A stretch of 56,006 nt of DNA from a virus (lineage: Duplodnaviria > Caudoviricetes), in the IMG/VR virus record IMGVR_UViG_3300032248_000182, positions 1 to 56,006 of that record. One strand, written 5' to 3'. The position numbers and the translations under genes are program-made. The notes beneath the pieces are model-generated. The model saw only the letters and a program-made list of their open reading frames with translations. It did not search any database and was not told the DNA's origin. Within the stretch, counting starts at the first letter, position 1. Each line of letters starts with the position of its first letter. Below, in pieces: positions 17,677 to 26,079 of the stretch.

Positions 17677-19388
17677 TGTACTATCCTGCTAAAGTTTTTA
17701 TGTTTTTCAAACTTGATCACATTTGCAAATTTATCAAACAACTGATCGCCCTTGTGCGATATAATGAACACGTTGCTATCAGTAATTATGCCAGACAAAA
17801 TCTTAAAGAATTCTTCGGTGCCTGCAGCGTCTAACGAACTATCAAACACTTCATCCATAATCAGAAGATTGGTGCTGGCGCTGTTACGCAACTTTGCTAC
17901 TGCTCGCCAAGTAAACAACAACGACAAGTCAATACGCATCTTCTCACCTTCTGAGAAAGAGGAATAACTAAATTCGTCGCGAAACCTGGACTTAATCTTT
18001 TCATTAAAATTTTCATCTAACTCAAACTGCACGAAGAAGTCCATAGCGGCAAGATACTTGTTAATCAGTTTGTTCATAATAGGAACATACTGCTTGATGA
18101 TTTTAGTCTTAATACCACCATCCTTCAACAACAATGCTGCGGTGTTCAACAAGGTGCGCTTGTTGGTGCTTTCTTCCTTGTCTTTGTGCAACTGTTTGAG
18201 TTCCGATTTTGCCCGTTCTAAGTCTGACGTATCGACTTCCATATCTAATTTAAACTTCGAAAGAGCATTAATCTCTTTCTGTAGTTCTGCGTTGTACTTC
18301 TTGTACATTTTTATTTTATTATTAGAGTCGACAATCTCACCATTCAAGTCGTAGATTTGTCTACTAACTGCATCAATCTTTTCCATTCGTTCACAAGCTT
18401 CAGATTCCATTTCAGTCAGTTTCTTGATGGCAGTTTCAAGCTCTTCGCTTTCCATCTTTTTAGCAAACAAAGAATCTTTTTTGAATTCTTCTGAGATATC
18501 CTGCGTACAAGTCGGGCAGTGGTCGTTGTTTTCAAAGAAGTGCACATGCTTGTTTGAGTTCTCAAGTTTGAATTTAATTTCTTTTCTAAGGTCAGAAACC
18601 TTTTTAATCTGATTGGTAACTTTACCTTGATCTGATATTTGTTTGTGCAACTCTTCAGCCTGCAATAAAGCTTTAGCAACGAAGGTGTCAAGCTCATCAA
18701 CCATATACTGATGTTCTTTGATCTTGTTGCTTTTAATCTCAATCACATCGGCGTTGTTTAATTTTATCTGTTCAAAAAATCTTTTGGTCACTTCAATCCG
18801 TTGCTCGCACAGCGCGATGTCAGCATCCACGGTTGCTAACTTGTCTTTGTTTTCTTGAATGCGATTTTTCAACAACACATTCATCGTAGAGAAGATTTGA
18901 ATGTCTAGCAGGTCTTCAATAAACTCTCTACGCAGATGAGCGGGCAGCTGCATAAAAGGAATAAAGGTTGATGTGCCTAGCGTAATGATCTGAGAGAAAG
19001 ATTTATGCGTAAGTCTCAAGATATTTTTCTCAAGGATTTCTTGATAGTCTCTTGATGCCGCATCCTGATTTAACATATCACCGTCAACAAAGATTTCAAA
19101 CACAGTAGGCTTGAGTCCTCTGCGAACAAGATACTCTTTGTTACCGATACTGAACTCTATCTCAACTAGAAGATTCTTTTGATTGATAGAGTTCAGGAGC
19201 TGAGGCTTGTTAATCTTACGGAAAGATTTACCGTAGAGTGCGAAACTAATCGCCTCTATCATAGTGCTCTTACCAGCACCGTTCTCCCCTATGATTAGAG
19301 TTGATGGATGCTGGTCGAGTTTTATTTCGGTAAAAGTGTTGCCCGTAGACAACAGATTTTTGTAGCGTATAGTTTTAAATAAAATCAT
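17673..19388 (-). CDS. 46: Rad50/SbcC-like recombination ATPase (gp46)
   Basis: GENGAGKST, zinc hook CPTC, FSEGEKMRID signature, LIMDEVFD, ISHK. Confidence 0.97.
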   Translation of the reverse strand: MILFKTIRYKNLLSTGNTFTEIKLDQHPSTLIIGENGAGKSTMIEAISFALYGKSFRKINKPQLLNSINQKNLLVEIEFSIGNKEYLVRRGLKPTVFEIFVDGDMLNQDAASRDYQEILEKNILRLTHKSFSQIITLGTSTFIPFMQLPAHLRREFIEDLLDIQIFSTMNVLLKNRIQENKDKLATVDADIALCEQRIEVTKRFFEQIKLNNADVIEIKSNKIKEHQYMVDELDTFVAKALLQAEELHKQISDQGKVTNQIKKVSDLRKEIKFKLENSNKHVHFFENNDHCPTCTQDISEEFKKDSLFAKKMESEELETAIKKLTEMESEACERMEKIDAVSRQIYDLNGEIVDSNNKIKMYKKYNAELQKEINALSKFKLDMEVDTSDLERAKSELKQLHKDKEESTNKRTLLNTAALLLKDGGIKTKIIKQYVPIMNKLINKYLAAMDFFVQFELDENFNEKIKSRFRDEFSYSSFSEGEKMRIDLSLLFTWRAVAKLRNSASTNLLIMDEVFDSSLDAAGTEEFFKILSGIITDSNVFIISHKGDQLFDKFANVIKFEKHKNFSRIVQ

Positions 19389-20450
19389 TCAAGACTCATT
19401 GCCTCGCTGTATAATTCTCGCATCAAAGATTCTAACTCAACCTTGTCAGCATCTAACTCCAAGTTGTTCACATAGTTCTTGAGGATAGTGATAGTATCCT
19501 CTGCCTCATCAATTATACCGTCATCTATATCTAAAGTCAAGTTCAAATTATCGTCCACAACCTGTATCTGTGTTGCGCCTGCTTTTTCTAACTTATCAAT
19601 CACCATATCAAACCAGTACGGATTGGTCTTGTTCTTGACAATAACTTTAACGAATGCGTTCTTGTATTTCTCATATTCGTAGTCTGTAGCTTGGTTGATA
19701 GTCTTCCCTGCATCATCATACACGAGCTTATGAAAAATTACGAACGGATTAGGAACAAATTTAAGCTCACGAGTTTTAGTGTCAAAGATATGAAATCCTT
19801 TGGGGTCGTTATAATCTGACCAAGTCATTTCATACGGGCACCCAAGATAATGAATGTTGCCCCGAGAAGAACGGTGATGATAGTGCCCAGAGCATACAAC
19901 ATCAAACTTATCGAAAACACTTCTATCCATCCCATGATCAATCACCGAACCTTTATACATTTCAAAGCCACTAATCTCTAGGTGACCAAACAGAACCTGA
20001 GCGTCTGTCTGTTCAATCATGCGCATAGACTCTTCATAGGTGTCATCGCATATCCAAGGCATTAGCAATATCTTACATCCGTCAATCGTCACTTCTTCGG
20101 GAGAAGAATGATATCGAAAGTGTGCGCCTTCTCTATACAACACATCCATCGAGTTAATCGCGTTGGTGTTCTTAAAGTAGGTGTCATGGTTACCGATGAT
20201 TGCTCGGAGCGTCAGTTTGTTCTTATAAACAGGCTCGATAAAATCATCGTTCAGTCGTTTTGCTGTTACAAAGTTGATAAACTTCCGGCGGTCTACAATA
20301 TCGCCAAGATGAATAATGTTTTCAATACCATGCTCTTCGAGGTAAGGAAAGAACACTTCCTTGTAAAACTTTGCAATAAAGTCTGCGAATATAGGACTGT
20401 CGCCTCTACATCCGAAAGTGCGTATCAGTAACTAAAGCGATTTGAGTCAT
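19385..20450 (-). CDS. 47: Mre11/SbcD-like nuclease (gp47); reading frame broken by one extra base near codon 12
   Basis: ATG 20450 (SD AAGGAGG) gives MTQIALVTDTHF; the conserved continuation GCRGDSPIFADF...HLGDIVD...GNHD...GHLE...SGHYH is in the +1 frame. Confidence 0.9.
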
Positions 20451-20548
20451 CTGATTTTCCTCCTTCTGAGGATCTTGCCCCAGCGTTAGGGATTGGACCG
20501 TTAGAACCTATTCTAAATTCTGGGTCTATTCCGTTAAAATTTCAGTTT

Positions 20549-21112
20549 TTAAGAATTACTAGAGCTATCTGTGTCATTGTTGTCTCCATCAATAAAAAGT
20601 TCAACCCCAAGTTTCTTCGGCGCTTTCTTTCCGTTAATTTTCTTTTCATATTCTTTAACGAAAGATGTCATATTGTCATTGAATTGAATCTCGTTAGAGA
20701 TTGCATTTTCTATATCGAATACTTCGTCGCTGTTTGCCGCAAGGATAGAATTCTCAAACGTCTTGTACTTGACATACGTCTGTTTCTTCTCTTTCTGAAT
20801 CCGCAGCACAAACGCATTGTAAATGATTCTGGTAAAATAAGCAAATGGATTCGTTGAGCGGTCTGGATCAAAATTATTTAAATAAAGAATGCAGTTCTCG
20901 ATGCCGTCTGAGACCATCTCGTCTCGAAAAGTGTAGTTGATGAAGTTACCCTTGGTAGCAAGCTTGTTGGCTATCTGATAGATACAGAGCCCAATGTACT
21001 CTGGAATCCTTGGCGGAGGTTCGCCGTTTGCCTCTGCTCCTACTCGTTTCGCCTTGTATTCTACCATTGCAGCGTAGAAAGATTTGTTGTCTACATAGTG
21101 CACTTTCGTCAT
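20549..21112 (-). CDS. 55: Late-transcription sigma factor (gp55)
   Basis: HYVDNK, PEYIG.C, NFINYTFRDEMVSDGIENC, NPFAYFT.I.YNAF..RI.KEKKQ. Confidence 0.97.
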   Translation of the reverse strand: MTKVHYVDNKSFYAAMVEYKAKRVGAEANGEPPPRIPEYIGLCIYQIANKLATKGNFINYTFRDEMVSDGIENCILYLNNFDPDRSTNPFAYFTRIIYNAFVLRIQKEKKQTYVKYKTFENSILAANSDEVFDIENAISNEIQFNDNMTSFVKEYEKKINGKKAPKKLGVELFIDGDNNDTDSSSNS

Positions 21113-21126
21113 ATCAAAATCTCCAC

Positions 21127-21154
21127 TTGACTTTTTTAAAGAACCGAGTATAAT
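21127..21154 (+). promoter_or_regulatory. Sigma70-like promoter oriented antisense to the uvsW-gp55 operon
   Basis: Plus strand TTGACT-16 nt-TATAAT, similar to the gp43 promoter (TTGACTTTTTTAA...AGTATAAT). Confidence 0.5.
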
Positions 21155-21169
21155 CAGTTATGTACTGTT

Positions 21170-21526
21170 TCAATTAATACTAGTGTTAGAAGTTCCCATG
21201 AAGTCTAACAGACTCTTGAAAGCTTCGTACTCTGTATCTTTCATTGGAGCACTCTTTTTAGTGACGCTCCGTTCGTAGAATTCTATCACTTCTTCATAGA
21301 CAGCCATCTCGGTAACAACATGTTTCTTATCGATAAGATAGTCGGACTGATTGCCGTAGCCAAAAGGATTAAAAGGAGTGAGATACATCAGAGGATCAAA
21401 GGTTGTGGGATGATATCGAACATCGACAATCATCGGGTACGAAACAAGATATTCTTTCTCCGTCTCTGCTTCTAGCCGACCGATGATTAACTCAGACGTA
21501 ACCAATTTCATTACTACGTGTTCCAT
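21170..21526 (-). CDS. Hypothetical protein between uvsW and gp55 (possible Sm-like fold)
   Basis: VMKLVTSELIIGRL N-terminus; position matches small ORFs seen here in T4-like phages. Confidence 0.7.
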   Translation of the reverse strand: MEHVVMKLVTSELIIGRLEAETEKEYLVSYPMIVDVRYHPTTFDPLMYLTPFNPFGYGNQSDYLIDKKHVVTEMAVYEEVIEFYERSVTKKSAPMKDTEYEAFKSLLDFMGTSNTSIN

Positions 21527-21527
21527 A

Positions 21528-22979
21528 TTATCCCTTTAATTCTATGTTGTAAAGTTTATAGTCGAACCCTTCTTCAGAGTAAATTTTTATTCTTTCTTTG
21601 AAATGCTCTAGAGTATAGTTCTTGTGCGTCTTCCAAGACAAATCGTCTGCAATATCGAAAAGAAGAACAGACTCTTTTGTCTCTGACTTGCGAAGCCCTC
21701 GACCGATAGACTGCAAAGTTTTAATCTTAGACTTACTCGGAGAAGTAAAGATAATGTTATGCAGATTCCTGATGTTAACGCCGGTGGAGAATGTGCCTGA
21801 GGATGCCACGATAATAGCGTTCGTTTCGTGCTCTACTAAGCTGCGTATATCTTCTCTCTTTTCACCATCAACTCCGCCATGAATAAAGAACACCTTGCGG
21901 TCAGGGTCAGCTTTCGTGATGATATCTAGAAGTTCTTTGCCGTGTTTTTCTACATACTGGAATAGTAATAGTATATTACCTTTCAGCGATAAAGTCAAGT
22001 TTTTTATCAACTTATTTCGCCCTTCATGCCGAACAATAAAGTCCATTTCAGTAGGATAATCAAATCCCTTTGCCGCCTTCCTTACTTCATCGCTGTACTT
22101 TAGTAGTAATACTTTGATCCTCAAATCTGCTAGATGTTTTTGTTCAATCAAATCTGTTGTAGACGCCACTTTTTTCACCGGACCGAACAATCCTTCTAGA
22201 ACCATCTTGTTTGTTTCTGTTCCGTCAAGCGTCCCCGTAAACCCGAAACGATACGCACAAGCTGTCAATTTTTCCATAATGGTAGAAAGACTCTTAGCCT
22301 TGAATAGATGCGCTTCGTCTCCGATTACGACGTTAAATTGGTTGAACCAAACCTTCTGCATCTTATAGATAGACTGCCAAGTAGAGATCACTACGTCAGA
22401 TTTCTCGTTCTTATCCACCCCTGCAGTAATCTTGTGGATTCTATCTTCGGCATATCCATAGCTAACAAAATCAGAAGCCATCTGATGTACTAGAGATACA
22501 GTAGGGACAATTATGAGCGTCTTAGAGGAGTAATACTGTGTGAGGAGGTAGATGATTAGCGATTTACCACTGGCAGTAGGAGACAGCAGGACAGAGCGTT
22601 TAGAGCGGACTGCGTGAGCTAATGCAGCTATTTGATAATCTCGGGGAGAAACCGGAAGATCTAATGTCTTGCAGAACTCCCCAGCTTCATTTAAACTAAA
22701 TTCAATCTTGTTATAAGCATTGTCGATAAACTCTACGTCATACCCTGTGCTTGTAGCATACTCTGCTATATTGTCTACAAGCCCTGCATAAATCATTCGA
22801 GTATTTACGTTGAGTAGACGTATCTTACCGTCCCAGACTTTGTTCCTAACCAGAGGATGAAACTTAGCATTAGGAACAAGAAAGGTGTAACGGTCGCTCA
22901 ATTCATACAATGTAGAAACATCACAATCTATTCTAGCGTGTACTTCGTTTACTTTCGATATTTTTATAACTTCTGTCAT
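21528..22979 (-). CDS. uvsW: SF2 helicase UvsW
   Basis: PRDYQ, SPTASGKS, GDEAH, TGT, QSIGRGLR. Confidence 0.97.
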   Translation of the reverse strand: MTEVIKISKVNEVHARIDCDVSTLYELSDRYTFLVPNAKFHPLVRNKVWDGKIRLLNVNTRMIYAGLVDNIAEYATSTGYDVEFIDNAYNKIEFSLNEAGEFCKTLDLPVSPRDYQIAALAHAVRSKRSVLLSPTASGKSLIIYLLTQYYSSKTLIIVPTVSLVHQMASDFVSYGYAEDRIHKITAGVDKNEKSDVVISTWQSIYKMQKVWFNQFNVVIGDEAHLFKAKSLSTIMEKLTACAYRFGFTGTLDGTETNKMVLEGLFGPVKKVASTTDLIEQKHLADLRIKVLLLKYSDEVRKAAKGFDYPTEMDFIVRHEGRNKLIKNLTLSLKGNILLLFQYVEKHGKELLDIITKADPDRKVFFIHGGVDGEKREDIRSLVEHETNAIIVASSGTFSTGVNIRNLHNIIFTSPSKSKIKTLQSIGRGLRKSETKESVLLFDIADDLSWKTHKNYTLEHFKERIKIYSEEGFDYKLYNIELKG

Positions 22980-23413
22980 GATGTTCCATTAGTAAATTTC
23001 TGCCAGTCAATGTAGTTCTTGATCATATATCCACGATCAGATATATTCTTAATTATGGATTCTAGAACCGAGACCTTTTCTTTCTGAAGCCCAATCTTCA
23101 GCGTAAGGTTTATGATGTCCTGATCAGAGTCGATATACATAGGAATATCGCCCTTGAGGATAGATCTTGGATTAGGTTTCCAGTTATTCTCTTTTAAGGT
23201 TTCTTGATCAAGCGTACCAAGGAAATACTCAAACTTCATCTGATGGAGTTTCTTAAAGTCTGTTTCGTATTTCTTGAGAGCCAATCTTTCTTGCGAAAAG
23301 ATTTTATAGTACTTGTGATGGAGCTTGGGTATCTTTACAGCTTCTTCGCTAATCTGCATGGTGTCGATGTTAGAGTCTTCCGACCACAGTTCAAAAATCT
23401 CATCAATTTGCAT
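22976..23413 (-). CDS. uvsY: Recombination mediator UvsY
   Basis: IPKLHHKY, YIDSD.D, RGYMIKNYIDWQKF; upstream of uvsW. Confidence 0.93.
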   Translation of the reverse strand: MQIDEIFELWSEDSNIDTMQISEEAVKIPKLHHKYYKIFSQERLALKKYETDFKKLHQMKFEYFLGTLDQETLKENNWKPNPRSILKGDIPMYIDSDQDIINLTLKIGLQKEKVSVLESIIKNISDRGYMIKNYIDWQKFTNGTS

Positions 23414-23428
23414 AGTGTATTTCTCATG

Positions 23429-23944
23429 TTATATACGTTCATAGATATACTGTCTGTACTTAAAGGTAGCAGTAGCAGTAAGGTAAGAAACATCTTCTCG
23501 GGTAGAATCAAACGTAAATCCAGACAAGCTTACAGGGATAACATCGTTAAACGTTATAGATATATTTGGCTGCATCGCACTGTTTAACACGATTAGGTTA
23601 GCATCTGTTATAACACCAAATCCTTTAGGTTGTGCGTTTAGGGCTGCGTACTGATCAAAGCTTTCAGGTTTACCAGCACCGACAATCCAATCGTACAACT
23701 CAAAGTAAGCGTACATATCTTCGTCGATTTTAAATGTTACTGAGAATTCGTCGAATGTGACGTGATCCCCTGCAACAGTAAGCCTATTAAAAGGAGTCTG
23801 AACCTGCTGCATAACATTCAAACTAAGTCGCGGAAAGTCTACACTCTGCACGAAGTAGTCAAAGTTAGGGAGCTTAGTGATACTAAACTTGAACCCTAAC
23901 GGCGATAGGAAGTTGATGTCTTGGGGTGCTCTATATGGATTCAT
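23429..23944 (-). CDS. 3: Tail tube terminator/completion protein (gp3)
   Basis: NFLSPLGFKF, VQSVDFP, FKIDEDM..Y.E..DW, ATFKY. Confidence 0.9.
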   Translation of the reverse strand: MNPYRAPQDINFLSPLGFKFSITKLPNFDYFVQSVDFPRLSLNVMQQVQTPFNRLTVAGDHVTFDEFSVTFKIDEDMYAYFELYDWIVGAGKPESFDQYAALNAQPKGFGVITDANLIVLNSAMQPNISITFNDVIPVSLSGFTFDSTREDVSYLTATATFKYRQYIYERI

Positions 23945-23960
23945 TCTATCCTACAATATG

Positions 23961-23989
23961 ATTATACTACTCTTTATATTTATAGTCAA
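23961..23989 (-). promoter_or_regulatory. Nested sigma70 promoter and T4 late promoter for gp3-uvsY-uvsW
   Basis: Minus strand TTGACT-17-TATAAT containing TATAAATA (23977-23984). Confidence 0.75.
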
Positions 23990-23998
23990 GCGAAGTGG

Positions 23999-24027
23999 TT
24001 GACGGAATAAATAGAATAGTGTATACT
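23999..24027 (+). promoter_or_regulatory. Sigma70 promoter, divergent from the gp3 promoter
   Basis: TTGACG-17-TATACT upstream of ORF 24055. Confidence 0.7.
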
Positions 24028-24054
24028 TTGAATCTAAATTAAATTGAGGAGAGT

Positions 24055-24231
24055 ATGATGCTAAAGGTAAAACGATACAAGCTTCCTGTACAGTACGATC
24101 TCCATGACGGATTCCGTAGCATTGAGCGCAAGCATCAAGAGTTGCTACAGAAGCAGCGGGCAGGATACCCGTTGGATGAAGAAGAGCTAGACTGGCTCGA
24201 TTGGGCAGAACTGGCACTAGCCGCTGCCTAA
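24055..24231 (+). CDS. Small hypothetical early protein (58 aa)
   Basis: Not in the ORF track. SD GAGGAG, then MMLKVKRYKLPVQYDLHDGFRSIERKHQELLQKQRAGYPLDEEELDWLDWAELALAAA. Confidence 0.75.
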   Translation: MMLKVKRYKLPVQYDLHDGFRSIERKHQELLQKQRAGYPLDEEELDWLDWAELALAAA

Positions 24232-24239
24232 AAAAGTAC

Positions 24240-24268
24240 TTGACTTATTTTATTAAGTGCCTTAATAT
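24240..24268 (+). promoter_or_regulatory. Probable sigma70 promoter
   Basis: TTGACT-17-TAATAT upstream of ORF 24320. Confidence 0.5.
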
Positions 24269-24319
24269 ATACAAGTTGGTTGAGCAAACCACACTACATT
24301 GTGAAACAATAGGAGATTA

Positions 24320-24613
24320 TTGATGACTACTGAAAATACCATGACCAAAGCTGAACAGGTTCTCAACGTACTGATGGATGGCGAAGTTCTTACTGCTAAG
24401 CAAATTCGTTATCGTTTCCGTCTAGCTACCAATAACAGTGCTCGTGCTCTTATCAGTAACCTTCGTTCGGAAGGCTATGCTATCTACTCCAATGAGTATA
24501 CTAACTCGAAGGGGCAGGTTAAGAACAAGTATCGTCTTGGTGCTGCTTCTCGTGAAATCGTTGCTGCTGGTATTCGTGCTCTTCGCGAGCAGGGTGTCAA
24601 CGCTCTAAGTTAA
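24320..24613 (+). CDS. Winged-helix/HTH DNA-binding protein
   Basis: VLNVLMDGEVLTAKQI...ARALISNLRSEGYAI...KYRLG; SD AGGAG (ATG probably at 24323). Confidence 0.7.
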   Translation: MMTTENTMTKAEQVLNVLMDGEVLTAKQIRYRFRLATNNSARALISNLRSEGYAIYSNEYTNSKGQVKNKYRLGAASREIVAAGIRALREQGVNALS

Positions 24614-24634
24614 ATCTTATTGCGATTTTGAGAC

Positions 24635-24660
24635 AAAAAAAGGGGGACGAAAGTCCCCCT
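24635..24660 (-). terminator. Intrinsic terminator after gp23 (possibly bidirectional)
   Basis: Minus strand AGGGGGAC-TTTC-GTCCCCCT followed by a T-run. Confidence 0.9.
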
Positions 24661-24685
24661 AATCTTTTCCAACTTCTTATTGTTA

Positions 24686-26041
24686 TTAGATGATGTTGGA
24701 TACTAGGAAACGGCGATAGAACACGTTCACGTTCTGAACGAGTGTGCCGTCTGAGGTCTGTGCGCCGAGTGAGAATGGATTGGCGACCATGCCGTAGCGA
24801 GTCTTGAATCCAATCTTTGGCTGGAATGTATCCTGACCAACCGCACGAACCATCTGGAGTGGGACGTATGGGCAGTAGAAAATACCAGCATCAAATGCGC
24901 TAGCACCCTTATAGCCTACAACAGCGTAGTTACCGCCTGCATATGGGTCAACATATACACGCATACGACCGTTAAGAACACCAGCAAAAGTATTGCCTGT
25001 GTCATCGACCTGTAGGTTGTTGCTGTTTAGAGCAGGGGCGTAATCTAGTACACCAGCCATCTGAAGAGCAGAAGCTACGTCAGAGGAGCAGATGAGTAGA
25101 TTGCCTTTGCCGCGACGAGTTGCCTTGGCAATAGCGTTAGCTTCGCGCTCAATCTGGAACATTAGACCCTTGAACTTTTCAACTGACCAACGACCGTTAG
25201 AGTCGACGTCTAGGTCGAAAGTACCGGCTGAAGTAGTATCAACAGCTCCTGGTGAGGAAGTTAGAACAATCGTACGAACAACTTCACGATTGATTTCAGC
25301 AAGAATTTCTGCTGTTAGAATCGTGGATAGTTCGGTTTCAGCGTCAAGACCGTGAATTGCTTTTAGGTCCTGTGCTAGTTCGATTGAGTACTCAGCTTTT
25401 AGCGCACGGCTCTTGGCAGTTACGCTAACACGCTCGATGCTAAATGCCATCTGTGCGAAGTCGACGTTACCAGTTGCGCCTAGAGCTTCAGCCTGTGCTG
25501 TGGTCATACCGCCAGCAAAGTTATAAAGCTGTGAGTTACCAGAAACAACGGTTGTGTTGCTTACGCCATAAACACCGCCGACGTCGCTGTTGGCGTTGCC
25601 GAGGGTTGTGGCGTTCTGACCAACGATAGAGAAACCAGTATTAGCTTCTGTGTAGAATGCTTCACCGTAGGTGGTTGCATTTGCCTGAGCAGCTAGCTGT
25701 GCGTTGTATGAAGGACGTAGAGCAAAGATTAGTCCTGTTGGGCCAGTCATTGGCTGAACGCCGCAGATGTCATAAGCAATGAGGTTAGGCATTGCACGAC
25801 GGACTAGGCTGATGAGCACTGGATCGTAGTTTAGTGAGCCGCCAGTTACGTTAGTTGGGGCAGAACCACTCACTTCAAGAAGTGATTGTGGTGCATAGCC
25901 TGCACTTTCGCGTAGAGCGGATTCGGTGTTTTCTAGAAGTTGAGCAACAACTGAACGCTTGTGTGCATCAGCAATCTTTGGTAGGTCGCTATGCTCAAGT
26001 ACAGGTGCCCATTTTCTTTGAATTTCTTCATTTAATTGCAT
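24686..26041 (-). CDS. 23: Major capsid protein (gp23)
   Basis: DPVLISLVRR.MPNLIAYDICGVQPMTGPTGLIFA, KSRALKAEY.IELAQDLKA.HGLDAE, FQPKIGFKTRYG. Confidence 0.99.
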   Translation of the reverse strand: MQLNEEIQRKWAPVLEHSDLPKIADAHKRSVVAQLLENTESALRESAGYAPQSLLEVSGSAPTNVTGGSLNYDPVLISLVRRAMPNLIAYDICGVQPMTGPTGLIFALRPSYNAQLAAQANATTYGEAFYTEANTGFSIVGQNATTLGNANSDVGGVYGVSNTTVVSGNSQLYNFAGGMTTAQAEALGATGNVDFAQMAFSIERVSVTAKSRALKAEYSIELAQDLKAIHGLDAETELSTILTAEILAEINREVVRTIVLTSSPGAVDTTSAGTFDLDVDSNGRWSVEKFKGLMFQIEREANAIAKATRRGKGNLLICSSDVASALQMAGVLDYAPALNSNNLQVDDTGNTFAGVLNGRMRVYVDPYAGGNYAVVGYKGASAFDAGIFYCPYVPLQMVRAVGQDTFQPKIGFKTRYGMVANPFSLGAQTSDGTLVQNVNVFYRRFLVSNII

Positions 26042-26068
26042 TGTCTTCTCCCTTTCTTGTGGATTTAT

Positions 26069-26076
26069 TATTTATA
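26069..26076 (-). promoter_or_regulatory. Late promoter TATAAATA (gp23)
   Basis: Exact consensus in the intergenic region. Confidence 0.85.
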
Positions 26077-26079
26077 AAT

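Noticed and set aside
20451-20556. Insert before gp47 as a group I intron or a T4 gene 60-type ribosomal bypass
   Set aside because: Too short for a group I core, no matched take-off/landing codons restoring the frame were found, and the second start has its own strong SD.
23951-24217. 88-aa minus-strand ORF from the track
   Set aside because: It overlaps two promoters and is antisense to a better plus-strand ORF (24055-24231) that has an SD and promoter.
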